This document shows, piece by piece, positions 1-9,555 of a stretch of 64,000 nt of DNA (positions within the stretch are counted from its first letter, which is position 1; each line of letters starts with the position of its first letter). This DNA is from Gaiellaceae bacterium (GTDB taxonomy: Bacteria; Actinomycetota; Thermoleophilia; Gaiellales; Gaiellaceae). The notes under the pieces are model-generated. The model saw nothing but the letters and a program-made list of their open reading frames with translations, made no database searches and was not told the DNA's origin. The stretch is from positions 27,476 through 91,475 of the forward strand of contig DASRGD010000051.1 of NCBI GenBank assembly GCA_035651195.1. Direction: 5' to 3'. The position numbers and the translations under genes are program-made.

Positions 1-528
1 GATCGGGATCGTGCCGGGCCCGCGTGCCGGCGGCGGGCGGTGCGCGACGTTGCGCAGCGCGTAGCGGCCGCCCGGCGGCGAGCTGACGGTCTGACCCGCG
101 AGCAGCGCGCGGATCGCCGCCACCGACTCGGCGAGCCAGTCGAGCCGCTCGCCGAAGCCGCTCCCGAAGTCGATCCCGTGCAGCTCGTGCTCGAGCTCGC
201 GATAGGCGGCGCCGAGCCCGAGCACGAAGCGCCCGCCGCTCACGTGGTCGACGGTGGCCGCGGACTTCGCGATCAGCCCCGGATTGCGGAACGTGTTCGC
301 CGAGACGAGCAACCCGACCGTCGGCCGCGTCGTCGTCGCCGCCCAGGCGGAGATCGTCGTCCATGCCTCGAAGACGTCCTGCCGGCCGCCGGCGCCGATC
401 CCGATCAGGTGGTCCCACGTCCAGAGCGAGTCGAAGCCCAGCTCCTCGGCGCGGCGTACAACCGCCGACATCTGCGCCCAGGTCGCCCCCTGGGGGTAGA
501 CGTGGAGGCCGAGCTTGACCGGCGGCAT
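1..528 (-). CDS. LLM-class (luciferase-like) F420/flavin-dependent oxidoreductase, 5' part only (gene continues past window start)
   Basis: Hand translation of the minus strand from ATG at 526-528 gives MPPVKLGLHVYPQGATWAQMSAVVRRAEELGFDSLWTWDHLIGIGAGGRQDVFEAW..., a typical LLM N-terminus. The ORF runs off the window edge, so it is absent from the ORF track. It starts 2 nt after the stop of the upstream gene. Confidence 0.7.
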   Translation of the reverse strand, partial: MPPVKLGLHVYPQGATWAQMSAVVRRAEELGFDSLWTWDHLIGIGAGGRQDVFEAWTTISAWAATTTRPTVGLLVSANTFRNPGLIAKSAATVDHVSGGRFVLGLGAAYRELEHELHGIDFGSGFGERLDWLAESVAAIRALLAGQTVSSPPGGRYALRNVAHRPPPARGPGTIPI

Positions 529-530
529 GT

Positions 531-1601
531 TCAGATCACGTACCGGCCGCCGTCGAAGACCGCCTCGCCGTCGAGGTAGAGCGTCCCGTTCGTCCGCAGG
601 TCCTTGACGATGTCCCAGTGCAGCGCGGACTGGTTCGTGCCGCCGCACTCGGCGTAGGCACGGCCGAGCGCCAGGTGGACCGTACCGCCGATCTTCTCGT
701 CGAAGAGCACCTCGCCGGTCCAGTGCTGGATGCCGAAGTTGAGCCCGATTCCGAGCTCGCCGAGTCGGCGGGCGCCGTCGTCGATCCGCAGCACCTGCTC
801 CAGCAGCTCCTGGTTCTCGTCCGACCGCGCCTCGACGACCTCGCCGTCGACGAAGCGCAGGCGGATGCCGGAGATGCGCCGGTTTGCGTACATGGCGGGC
901 AGCTCGAAGTAGATGGCGCCGTTCGCGCTGTCCTCGACGGGCGCGGTGAAGATCTCGCCGTCGGGCATGTTCATGCGCCCGTCGCCTGCGACGTAGCGGC
1001 GGCCGGCGGTCGAGAGCGTCAGGTCGGTCTCCGCGCCGACGATGCGCACCGTCGCCGCCGCCTCGAAGCGCTCGGCGAGCACGCGCAGGCGCTCCGCCTC
1101 CTGCTGCCAGTCGCGAAGCGCGGCATCGAAGAAGAACGACATCGTCTCCTCGAGGCTGAGCCCGGACTGCTGCGCAAACGCCTCGTTCGGGACGCGGACG
1201 AGCACCCAGCGTTCGAGCTCGTTGCGCTTCGCGGACACCTTTCCCATCGCCCGCCGGTGCGCCGCGAGCCGTTCCGGCGGAATGTCGCCGAACTCGAACG
1301 GGTTGCGACCGCCGCGCAGGCCGATGTAAGCATCCGCCCACCCCATCCCGTGCAGCTCGAGCTCGGGCGCCCAGTCGACCTGCTCGTCGCTGCCGTTCTT
1401 CATCAGGATCCGCTTCAGCCAGTCCGAGGAGTAGTAGACCTCCGCCAGCCCGCCCGCCTTGACCGTGGCCTCGTACACCGCCTCGACGAGCGGCTGCGTC
1501 TCCACCTCCATCATGTTGATCAGGACGCGGTCGCCGGGCTGCACCCGCGTCGAGTAGCCGACGAGGATCTCGGCCAGGCGGTTCCAGCGTTCGTCGCGCA
1601 C
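531..1601 (-). CDS. M29-family aminopeptidase (AmpS/PepS-like thermophilic metalloprotease family)
   Basis: 356-aa ORF with a GTG start and an AAGGAG SD about 6 nt upstream. The C-terminal block GGTVHLALGRAYAECGGTNQSALHWDIV fits my memory of M29 aminopeptidases. Confidence 0.8.
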   Translation of the reverse strand: MRDERWNRLAEILVGYSTRVQPGDRVLINMMEVETQPLVEAVYEATVKAGGLAEVYYSSDWLKRILMKNGSDEQVDWAPELELHGMGWADAYIGLRGGRNPFEFGDIPPERLAAHRRAMGKVSAKRNELERWVLVRVPNEAFAQQSGLSLEETMSFFFDAALRDWQQEAERLRVLAERFEAAATVRIVGAETDLTLSTAGRRYVAGDGRMNMPDGEIFTAPVEDSANGAIYFELPAMYANRRISGIRLRFVDGEVVEARSDENQELLEQVLRIDDGARRLGELGIGLNFGIQHWTGEVLFDEKIGGTVHLALGRAYAECGGTNQSALHWDIVKDLRTNGTLYLDGEAVFDGGRYVI

Positions 1602-1616
1602 GTGCGCTCCTTTCGC

Positions 1617-2252
1617 TCAGATCGATTGCCGGTGGGCGAGCAGGGCGCGCGCGTCGGCGGCACCGGCGAGCGCGCGGCCGACGACGAGCTCGTCGGCGCC
1701 GGCGGCGACCAGGCCCGCGGCGTTGTCCGCCTCGACGCCGCCGTCGACCTGGATCCAGACCTCCGGCGGCAGCAATCGGCGCACCGCCGCGACTCGTTCC
1801 GTCGCGCCCGGCAGCAGCCGCTCGCCGGCGAAATCGAGCTCCGTCGTCAGCAGGTTGACGAAGTCGACCGCCGCCGCGACCGGCTCGAGCGCCGCGACCG
1901 CCGTCGCGGGGTTGAGGGCGATGCCGACCTGGAGCCCGAGCGAGCGCGCGAGCGAGGCGAGCCGCCACGGATACGGCGCCGCCTCGAGGTGGAACGCGAC
2001 GCGGGTCGCGCCTGCCTCGGCGACGGCGCGGACGTACGGCTCCGGGCCGGCGACCATGAGGTGCACGTCGAGGAGCGCCGCCGTCCGCGCCGCCAGCGCC
2101 CGCACGACCTCGGGGCCGACCGTCAGCTCGGGCGCGAAGACGCCGTCGGCGAGATCGACGTGCAAGCCGTCGACGCCCGTCTCGAGCAGGCGCTCGCAGC
2201 CGGCGCCGAGCTCCAGCGGGTCGAGCGGCCGGATCGACGCCAGGACCCGCAT
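1617..2252 (-). CDS. Ribulose-phosphate 3-epimerase family protein (Rpe/SgcE-like)
   Basis: Contains Rpe-type motifs HVDLADGVF, DVHLMV and QVDGGV. The ATG at 2250-2252 forms an ATGA overlap with the upstream stop. The track ORF extends to 2300, but the extra residues are Arg-rich and overlap the upstream gene. Confidence 0.75.
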   Translation of the reverse strand: MRVLASIRPLDPLELGAGCERLLETGVDGLHVDLADGVFAPELTVGPEVVRALAARTAALLDVHLMVAGPEPYVRAVAEAGATRVAFHLEAAPYPWRLASLARSLGLQVGIALNPATAVAALEPVAAAVDFVNLLTTELDFAGERLLPGATERVAAVRRLLPPEVWIQVDGGVEADNAAGLVAAGADELVVGRALAGAADARALLAHRQSI

Positions 2253-3208
2253 CAGCCGCGGTTGTGCGCCGCGACGAGCTCGCCGACGCGGTCGCTCCAC
2301 GGCACGGTCTCCATCACCTTGTAGACCGCGCCCGGGTGCAGGATTCCGAGCTCGGTCACGTACGCGGTGACGAGCGACGCGGGCACGACCTCGAAGACGG
2401 GGTTGCGGACGCGACCGCCCTTCGGCACGTCGCCGGCCACGACGTCGCTCGCCGGCATCTCGCGGATCTTCACCGGCACGCCGCGCAGGCTCGACGGATC
2501 GAACTTCGACGTGTCGCCGGCGATGTAGTACGGCAGCCCGTAGTGGCGGGCGACGAGCGCCGCCGCGTAGCAGCCGACCTTCGCGAGGCAGTCGCCGGCG
2601 GAGGTGACGTCGTCGCTCCCGACGAAGACGGCGGTGCAGTCGCGCATCAGCGGCGTCATCGCCGCGTCGATGCCGATGTCGACGCGCACGCCCTGCGGGC
2701 AGAGCCGCTCGAGCGTCACGAGGCCCTCGTTGCCCGGCCGCGACTCGGTCGTGACGACGGAGACTTCCTTGCCGCGCGCGATCGCCGCCTCGATCATCCG
2801 GTAGACGGTGGAGCTCATCGAATAGAGAAAGAGCCGGTCGCCGTGCTTGATCAGGTCGGCGCCGATCGCGGCGATCTCGTCGAGCGCGGCGTTCAGCCAG
2901 TCGACGAAGACCGCGGACGCCTCCGCGACCGCCGCGCGCGGGTCGTCCGGATTCGCGTCGGCGGCGGCGGCCGTCGCGTGCAGGACGCGCGTCACCGGCA
3001 TGATCGACGGCGTCACCTCGACGATCGCGCGGATCGCCTCGTCGAAGCGCGTCGAGAACTCGGGGTCGCCGATCGACTCGTCGAGCGCGAGGGCGCGCAG
3101 CGCACGCGCCGTCTCGCGGGCCATGTCGGCCGCGCCGCCGATCTGGTCTTCGCGGATCGCGACGACGAGGTTCTCGACGGTCGGATCGGAGAGGGTCGGC
3201 GTGAACAA
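2252..3208 (-). CDS. eIF-2B alpha/beta/delta-family sugar-phosphate isomerase (MtnA / ribose-1,5-bisphosphate isomerase-like)
   Basis: 318 aa. The blocks LYSMSSTV, VVTTESRPGNEG and VFVGSDDVTSAGDCLAKVGCYAAALVARHYGLPYYIAGDTSKF are typical of the IF-2B isomerase fold. Confidence 0.75.
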   Translation of the reverse strand: MFTPTLSDPTVENLVVAIREDQIGGAADMARETARALRALALDESIGDPEFSTRFDEAIRAIVEVTPSIMPVTRVLHATAAAADANPDDPRAAVAEASAVFVDWLNAALDEIAAIGADLIKHGDRLFLYSMSSTVYRMIEAAIARGKEVSVVTTESRPGNEGLVTLERLCPQGVRVDIGIDAAMTPLMRDCTAVFVGSDDVTSAGDCLAKVGCYAAALVARHYGLPYYIAGDTSKFDPSSLRGVPVKIREMPASDVVAGDVPKGGRVRNPVFEVVPASLVTAYVTELGILHPGAVYKVMETVPWSDRVGELVAAHNRG

Positions 3209-3224
3209 GCGGGTTGCCTCCTTG

Positions 3225-3965
3225 CTAGCGGTTGACGGGTAGGTCGAACACCTCGCAGGCGGTCCGGCCCAGGCACCATTCGCGCTCGTCGTCGGTGAGG
3301 TCGAGCGTGCGGTACTTGGTCAGCTCGACGGGCACGTTGAACGGCAGGTCGCCGCCGAACATGACGCGCCCGGCGCCGAGCATCCGGACCATGCGACGGA
3401 TGTCGCCGGCGATGCACCAGGTCGGCTCGAGGTAGATGTTCTCGCAGACCTCGGCGGCGACGATCGCCTCCTCGGAGTAGATCGCGAAGCCGGCGTGGGC
3501 GAGGATGATCTTGAGCTCGGGGTACTGGCGCGCGCGGCGGATCAGCAGGGACGGCAGCGCGAACGGCGCGCCCGAGCCGGTGTGCACCATCACCGGCACG
3601 CCGTGACGGGCGGCGCATTCGAACACGACGTCGCTCACCTCGAACACCGGCGAGACCGCGTGTGCCTGCGGGTGGAGCTTGATCGCCTTGAAGCCGAGCT
3701 CGTCGATGCAGCGGCGCGCCTCCGCCTCGTAGAAGTCGCGCCCGACGAGGGGCGTCATGCTGACCATCCCGAAGATGCGGCCAGGCTGGCGCGCGCAGAG
3801 GTCGGCAATCGCGTCGTGGGTCGTGCGCGGGTCGGAGCCGGCCGCGGGCATGACGACGGAGACGTCGATCGCGTTCGCCTCCATCGTCGCGAGCAGCAGC
3901 TCCTCGGTGACGCCGGCGGAGAAGATCTGCGAGTAGCCGAGGTGGCTGTGCGCGTCGACGATCAC
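3225..3965 (-). CDS. Amidohydrolase-2 (PF04909-like) metal-dependent hydrolase
   Basis: N-terminal VIVDAHSHLG (HxH metal site), and later KLHPQAH, VMVHTG and ILAHAGF. The GTG at 3963-3965 gives a GTGA overlap with the upstream stop. The longer track ORF (to 4103) is Arg-rich upstream. Confidence 0.75.
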   Translation of the reverse strand: MIVDAHSHLGYSQIFSAGVTEELLLATMEANAIDVSVVMPAAGSDPRTTHDAIADLCARQPGRIFGMVSMTPLVGRDFYEAEARRCIDELGFKAIKLHPQAHAVSPVFEVSDVVFECAARHGVPVMVHTGSGAPFALPSLLIRRARQYPELKIILAHAGFAIYSEEAIVAAEVCENIYLEPTWCIAGDIRRMVRMLGAGRVMFGGDLPFNVPVELTKYRTLDLTDDEREWCLGRTACEVFDLPVNR

Positions 3966-4969
3966 CGCCGCTCCTCCCCGGCTCGCGCGAGCGGCTCCGT
4001 GTCGAGCCAGCTCGGCAAGGTCACCTCGCCGGCGCTGACGCGGTGGCATGCGACGAGGCGCGCGGGCGCAATCGGCTCCAGCCGCTGCGGGCGGACGAAG
4101 CACTCGTCGGTCGCACGGTGGCAGCGCGGGGCGAGCGCGCAGCCGGGCGCGGCGCCGGCGCTCTCGACGTCGCTGTGGAGCCTGATCCGCATCACCTCGC
4201 CCTTCGCACGCGCGTCGGGGGTCGCCGAGAGCAATGCCTCCGTGTACGGATGCTGCGGCGCGGCGAACAGCTCCCCGGCTGGTGCGTCCTCGACGATCCG
4301 GCCGAGGTACATCACGAGCACGCGATCGCAGAGGTAGCGGATGATCGTCAGGTCGTGCGAGATGACGAGGTACGTCATCCCCAGGTCGCGCCGCAGGCGG
4401 CGGAGAAGCGAGATCACCTTCAGTCGGGCCGACGCGTCGAGCGCCGACGTCGGCTCGTCGAGGACGAGGAAGCTCGGCTCGGTCGCGAGCGCGCGCGCGA
4501 TCGCGACCCGTTGCGCCTCGCCTCCGGAAAGCTCGTGACGGTAGCGCGGGAGGAAGTCGTCGCGCAGGCCGACCTCGTGCAGGAGCCGCGCCGCCTCAGT
4601 CGCGATCTCCGAGCGCCGGGCGATCCGGTGCACCCGGAGCGGCTCGCCGAGCGTGCGCTGCACCGTGAAACGGGGGTCGAGCGACGCGAACGGATCCTGG
4701 AAGACGATCTGCGCCGAGCGCCGGAACGCGGCCAGGCCCTTGCCAGACAGGCGGAGCACGGGGGCGCCGTCGAAGCGGATCGAGCCGGAGCTCGGCTTCA
4801 CGAGCCGCAGCAGGCAGCGGGCGACGGTCGTCTTGCCGCAGCCGCTCTCGCCGACGATGCCGACCGCCTCGCCGGGCGCGATCGCGAAGTCGACGCCGTC
4901 GACGGCGCGGACCTGGCCGTGGCGGAAGACCTTCGTCAGGCCTTCGACGGCGACGCGAGGCTCAGTCAT
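3962..4969 (-). CDS. Oligopeptide/dipeptide-type ABC transporter ATPase (DppF/OppF-like)
   Basis: Walker A GESGCGKTT, signature LSGGEAQRV, Walker B FLVLDEPTSALD, and the C-terminal oligopeptide-ABC extension. Start is MTEPRV at 4967-4969, 8 nt inside the upstream gene. Confidence 0.9.
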   Translation of the reverse strand: MTEPRVAVEGLTKVFRHGQVRAVDGVDFAIAPGEAVGIVGESGCGKTTVARCLLRLVKPSSGSIRFDGAPVLRLSGKGLAAFRRSAQIVFQDPFASLDPRFTVQRTLGEPLRVHRIARRSEIATEAARLLHEVGLRDDFLPRYRHELSGGEAQRVAIARALATEPSFLVLDEPTSALDASARLKVISLLRRLRRDLGMTYLVISHDLTIIRYLCDRVLVMYLGRIVEDAPAGELFAAPQHPYTEALLSATPDARAKGEVMRIRLHSDVESAGAAPGCALAPRCHRATDECFVRPQRLEPIAPARLVACHRVSAGEVTLPSWLDTEPLARAGEERR

Positions 4970-5918
4970 AGAGGCGGCACAGCACCCGGTGCCCCGGCTC
5001 GAGCTCGATCGCGGTGAACGGCTCGCCGCACTTCGGCATCCGCTGCGGACAGCGCTCGACGAAGCGGCAGCCGTGCTCGGGAAGCTCGTCGAACCGCGGC
5101 GCGCTGCCCTCGAGGGCGAGCGCCTCGTCGGCATCGCCCTCGAGCGTCGGCACCGAGTTGAGGAGCGCCTGCGTGTACGGATGGAGAGGGCGCTCGAAGA
5201 TCTGCTCGACGCGGCCGATCTCGACGACGTGGCCCGCGTGCATGACCGCGACACGGTCGCAGTTCTGCGCGACGAGCGCCAGGTCGTGCGTGATCAGCAG
5301 CAGGCTGAGGCCGAGCTCCGCCCGCAGCTTGCGCAGCAGGTCGTAGATCTCGGCCTCCGTCGTCACGTCGAGCCCCGTCGTCGGCTCGTCGGCGATCAAC
5401 AGCTGCGGCCGCGCCGCCAGCACGATCGCGATCAGCGCGCGCTGCGCCATCCCCCCGCTCAGCTGGTGCGGGTAGCTGCGGGCGACACGGCGCGGCAGGC
5501 CGACCTCGCGCAACAACTCGACCGCGAGCGCCTCGCCCTTGCCGTTCGTCCTGCCGTGGAGCGCCGCGACGCGGAGGATCTGGTCGTCGATCCGCATCAG
5601 CGGGTTCAGCGCCGAGCGCGCCTGCTGGAAGATCATCCCGACGCTGCCGCCGCGCAGGCTGCGCATCTCGCGCTCGTCGAGACCGAGCACGTCGCGGCCC
5701 TCGACGCGGATCTCGCCGGCGCTCGTCTCCGCGACGTTCGGCAGCAGCCGCATGATCGACAGCGCGGTCATGCTCTTGCCGGAGCCGCTCTCGCCGACGA
5801 GGCCGAACGACTCGCCGCGCGCGATCTCGAAGCTGACGCCTTCGACGATGCGACCGGTGCCGCGACGCGAGCGCAGCGTCACCGTCAGGCCGCGCACCTC
5901 GAGGAGCTGCTCGCTCAT
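4962..5918 (-). CDS. Oligopeptide/dipeptide-type ABC transporter ATPase (DppD/OppD-like)
   Basis: Walker A GESGSGKSM, signature LSGGMAQR, Walker B LIADEPTTGLD. Start is MSEQLLEV at 5916-5918, in an ATGA overlap with the permease stop. Confidence 0.9.
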   Translation of the reverse strand: MSEQLLEVRGLTVTLRSRRGTGRIVEGVSFEIARGESFGLVGESGSGKSMTALSIMRLLPNVAETSAGEIRVEGRDVLGLDEREMRSLRGGSVGMIFQQARSALNPLMRIDDQILRVAALHGRTNGKGEALAVELLREVGLPRRVARSYPHQLSGGMAQRALIAIVLAARPQLLIADEPTTGLDVTTEAEIYDLLRKLRAELGLSLLLITHDLALVAQNCDRVAVMHAGHVVEIGRVEQIFERPLHPYTQALLNSVPTLEGDADEALALEGSAPRFDELPEHGCRFVERCPQRMPKCGEPFTAIELEPGHRVLCRLYD

Positions 5919-6787
5919 CGGCGACTCCGCGGGTCGAGGTAGTCGCGCAGCGAGTCGCCGACGAGGTTGAACGAGACGACGAGCAGCGCGATGAAGATCC
6001 CGGGGAAGATCGAGATCCACCACTGGCCCGAGACGATGTACTGCGAGCCTTCGGAGATCATCGCGCCGAGCTCCGGCGTCGGCGGATGGACGCCGACGCC
6101 GACGAAGCTCATCGCCGCGGTGTCGAGGATCGCCCAGGCGAGGAAGAGCGTCGCCTGCGCGATCAGCACCGAGGCGGTGTTCGGCAGCACGTGCCAGAGC
6201 AGGATCCGCCATGCGGGCGTGCCGATCGCGCGCGACGTCTCGACCATCGGCAGCTCGCGCAGGAGCAGCACCTGCGACCGCACGATCCGCACCGCGACCG
6301 GCGTGTACGCGAACGCGATCGCCAGCACCATCGTCTGCTCGGTGTTGCCGAGCACGACGGCCGTGATCAGCGCGAGGATGAAGACCGGGATCGACATCAT
6401 GATGTCGACGAGCCGCATCACGACGAGGTCGACGAGCCCGCCCGCGAAGCCCGATGCGAGGCCGATCACGGCACCGGCGACGGTCGCGAGGCCGCAGATG
6501 ACGAGCGCGAGCACGAGGTCGAGCCGGATCGCGTGGAAGACGCGGACGAGCACGTCGCGCCCGACGTCGTCGGTGCCGAAGAGGTGTGCCCCCGACGGGC
6601 TGTGCAGCGTTCCGTAGGCGGTCGAGGTCGCGCTGTCGGAGTCGATCACCGGCCCGAGCAGCGCCGTGAGCACGAGCACGCCGAGGACGGCGACGCCGAC
6701 GAGGAGCGCGTGCTCGCCGGCGAGACCGCTCGCCCAGGTCGGCAGGACGATGCGGCGCCGGACGCGGATCTCTGCGGCGATCGACAT
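5915..6787 (-). CDS. ABC transporter permease (DppC/OppC-like)
   Basis: 290 aa, multi-TM, with an N-terminal DppC-type segment and an EAA-like loop (ETSRAIGTPAWRILLWHVLPN). Confidence 0.9.
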   Translation of the reverse strand: MSIAAEIRVRRRIVLPTWASGLAGEHALLVGVAVLGVLVLTALLGPVIDSDSATSTAYGTLHSPSGAHLFGTDDVGRDVLVRVFHAIRLDLVLALVICGLATVAGAVIGLASGFAGGLVDLVVMRLVDIMMSIPVFILALITAVVLGNTEQTMVLAIAFAYTPVAVRIVRSQVLLLRELPMVETSRAIGTPAWRILLWHVLPNTASVLIAQATLFLAWAILDTAAMSFVGVGVHPPTPELGAMISEGSQYIVSGQWWISIFPGIFIALLVVSFNLVGDSLRDYLDPRSRR

Positions 6788-6791
6788 CCGG

Positions 6792-7802
6792 TCAGGCCCG
6801 CACGCGCGGGTCGATGACGCCGTACAACAGGTCGACGAGCCAGTTGACGCCGACGTACGTCACGGCGACGACGAGAACGAAGCCCTCGATTCCCTGCAGG
6901 TCGTTGTTCGTCAGCGCCGTGAACGCGAACTGGCCGATGCCGGGCCAGGCGAAGATCTGCTCCACGAGCACGCTGCCGGAGACGAGGTAGCCGAACACGA
7001 GGCCGGCGACCGTGAGGATCGAGACCAGCGAGTTCTGGAGCGCATCGCGCATGATCACGTGCCGCTCGGAGAGCCCGAGCGCGCGGCCGCAGGTGATGAA
7101 CGGCTGGTTCAGGACCTCGAGCATCGTCGCGCGCGTGATGCGGACGAGCGGGGCGATCACGACGATCGCGAGCGTCACCGCGGGCAGGACGAGGTGCCAC
7201 GCCGCGTTCGCGAACGTGCCCCACCGGCCGTGCAGCAGGCTGTCGACGGTGTAGAGGCCGGTGACGTGCGGCGGCGGTGTCGCAGTCGCGTCGAGGCGGC
7301 CGAGCGGCGCGGCGCCGACCTGAAGCCGGAAGTAGAAGACGTAGATCAGGAGCAGCGCCAGCCAGAACGACGGCATCGAGACCGCGAGCGAGCTGATCGC
7401 GCGCGCCACGCGGTCGGCGGCGCGGCCGTGCCGCACGGCCGCGTACACGCCGAGCGGAACGCTGACGAGCAGCGCCAGCAGCGTCGCGTAGAGCGCGAGC
7501 TCGATGCTCGCCGGCGCCCGCGCCGCGAGGTCCGAGCCGACCGACCGCCCGGTCACGTAGCTGTCGCCGAGGTCGCCGTGCGCGAGCCCCGTGAAGTACT
7601 CGCGGAACTGCGTGCCGAGCGGCTTGTGCAGGCCGAGCTGGTCTTCGATCTGGTGGATCGTGTCGGTCGACGTGTTCGTCGCCCGCGACAGCACCGGGTT
7701 CCCCGGCAGCACGTGCGCGACGAAGAAGATGAGGCACAGGGCGCCGAGGACGGCGAGCACCGAGGCGAGCGTCCGCTTGCCGAGATAGGCGGCGAATCTC
7801 AC
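6792..7802 (-). CDS. ABC transporter permease (DppB/OppB-like)
   Basis: Multi-TM, with loop ITCGRALGLSERHVIMRDALQNS. I prefer the GTG at 7800-7802 (VRFAAYLGKRTLASVL...), which resembles the usual DppB N-terminus. The track ORF begins at 7850. Confidence 0.85.
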   Translation of the reverse strand: MRFAAYLGKRTLASVLAVLGALCLIFFVAHVLPGNPVLSRATNTSTDTIHQIEDQLGLHKPLGTQFREYFTGLAHGDLGDSYVTGRSVGSDLAARAPASIELALYATLLALLVSVPLGVYAAVRHGRAADRVARAISSLAVSMPSFWLALLLIYVFYFRLQVGAAPLGRLDATATPPPHVTGLYTVDSLLHGRWGTFANAAWHLVLPAVTLAIVVIAPLVRITRATMLEVLNQPFITCGRALGLSERHVIMRDALQNSLVSILTVAGLVFGYLVSGSVLVEQIFAWPGIGQFAFTALTNNDLQGIEGFVLVVAVTYVGVNWLVDLLYGVIDPRVRA

Positions 7803-7875
7803 GCGGCAACCCTGCACGCGCGAGGTGGGCGCCCCGCGCCGGGCGCCCACCTCGTCGGGCCCGCTGCCGCTGCGA

Positions 7876-9516
7876 TCAAGCCTTCGACAGCGTGTAGTAG
7901 CGAGCGTTCAGGTCCGGCTGCTGGAACCAGCCGTGGACGTTCTTGCTCATGACGACGATCGAGTCCGGCGTGCCGAGCCCGATGTCCGCGGCGCCCTGCG
8001 CGACGAGCCGCTGGATCTGCCGGCTGATCGCCGCCCGCTTCGACGGGTTCGCCTCGTACATGCCCTTCGCGATCAGCGTGTCGACCTGCGGATTGCAGTA
8101 GTTGGCGAAGTTCGTGCCCTGCTTGCACTGCGACAGGAACGTGAACCCGTAGTAGGGATCGTTGACGAACGAGATCCAGTTCCAGAAGAACATCGGCATG
8201 TCGCGCTTGCCGAACTCCTTCGCCGCGTAGGCGGCGGTGAGCATCTTCTGGATCGTCACCTTGACGCCGACCTTCGCGAGCGACTCCTGGATCAGGACGG
8301 CCGCCTGCTGGTCCTCGTTGTCCTCCGAGCGGGTGTAGAGCGTCGTGCTGAAGCCGTTCGGGTAGCCGGCCTTGGCGAGCAGCTGCTTCGCCTTCGCGAG
8401 GTCGGTCTTGTACGGCCACGTCGAGGGATCGGACGTCGGCTGCCCCGGCGGCACGATGCTCTTCAGCGGCGACGCGTAGCCGCTCCAGAGCGTCTGCAGG
8501 ATCTGCTGATACGGGATCGCGTACGCGATCGCCTGCCGCACCGTCTCGTTGTCGAACGGCTTGACGTTGTTGTTCAGCCCGAGCTCGCGCATGTCCGGCG
8601 TCGAGTACCGGAGGACTTGCAGGTTCGAGTTCTCCTTGAGCTTCGAGATGTCCTTGTAGTCGAGGCTGCGCGCCACGTCGACGCCGCCTCGCTGGATCAG
8701 CAGCAGCCGGTCGGATGCGTTCGGCGTCACCTTGACGACGATCCCGCCGTTGCACGGGTACTGCGACCTGTCCCAGTAGTTGGGGTTCGGCGTGAAGTCG
8801 TACTCGACGCCGGGCGTCGAGCGGCTGAGCGTGTACGGCCCGGTGCTGACCATGTTCGTCTTCAGCCACGTGTTCGCCCACGGGTCCTTCGCGGTCGCGT
8901 GCGCCTTGACCGCCTTCTCGCTCATGATGCCGGTCGCCCAGATCGACATCAGCTCGTACGTGAACGGATTGAACTTCGTGAAGTGGAAGACGACCGTGTT
9001 CGCGTCCGGCGTCGTGATCTGGTTCGGGCTCGTGATCGTGAGCATCTTCATCACGGACGGCAGGTACGACAGCGGATCCTTGAGGCCGCGCAGGAACGAG
9101 AACTTGACGTCGGCGCTCGTGAACGGCGAGCCGTCGGCGAACTTGACGCCCTGCCGCAGGTGGAACGTGAGCGTCGTCCGCGACTTGCTGAGCGTCCAGC
9201 TCTGGGCGAGCTGGCCGACGTACTGGCCGGTGACGCCGTTCGTCGTCTGCGGGTACTGGCCTTTGACCGGCTTGCGCCCGAGCAGCGTGCCGACGATGTT
9301 GGCCCGGACGTCGTTGTCGCCGTCGGTGCCGAACTGCTGGAAGTCCATGATGCTCGGCTCCGAGTAGTAGGTGACGACGATCTTGTTCGCGTTGCACGCC
9401 GCCGACCGCTTGGCGACCGTCGCCTGCCTGGCCGGCGACGCGGTGGCTCCCGCGACGGCGAGCAGCGCCAACGCGGCCGCCGCCGTCACGAGCATGATCG
9501 GAACTCTTGGGCGCAT
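7876..9516 (-). CDS. ABC transporter substrate-binding protein, family 5 (peptide/nickel/opine type), secreted
   Basis: 546 aa with a signal peptide (MRPRVPIMLVTAAAALALLAVAGA) and family-5 SBP length and blocks (KFADGSPFTSADVKFS, GPYTL). GGAGGAG SD upstream. Confidence 0.9.
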   Translation of the reverse strand: MRPRVPIMLVTAAAALALLAVAGATASPARQATVAKRSAACNANKIVVTYYSEPSIMDFQQFGTDGDNDVRANIVGTLLGRKPVKGQYPQTTNGVTGQYVGQLAQSWTLSKSRTTLTFHLRQGVKFADGSPFTSADVKFSFLRGLKDPLSYLPSVMKMLTITSPNQITTPDANTVVFHFTKFNPFTYELMSIWATGIMSEKAVKAHATAKDPWANTWLKTNMVSTGPYTLSRSTPGVEYDFTPNPNYWDRSQYPCNGGIVVKVTPNASDRLLLIQRGGVDVARSLDYKDISKLKENSNLQVLRYSTPDMRELGLNNNVKPFDNETVRQAIAYAIPYQQILQTLWSGYASPLKSIVPPGQPTSDPSTWPYKTDLAKAKQLLAKAGYPNGFSTTLYTRSEDNEDQQAAVLIQESLAKVGVKVTIQKMLTAAYAAKEFGKRDMPMFFWNWISFVNDPYYGFTFLSQCKQGTNFANYCNPQVDTLIAKGMYEANPSKRAAISRQIQRLVAQGAADIGLGTPDSIVVMSKNVHGWFQQPDLNARYYTLSKA

Positions 9517-9555
9517 ACGTCTCCTCCTTGTGCTTTCTCGGGTCCTGTCGTGGCC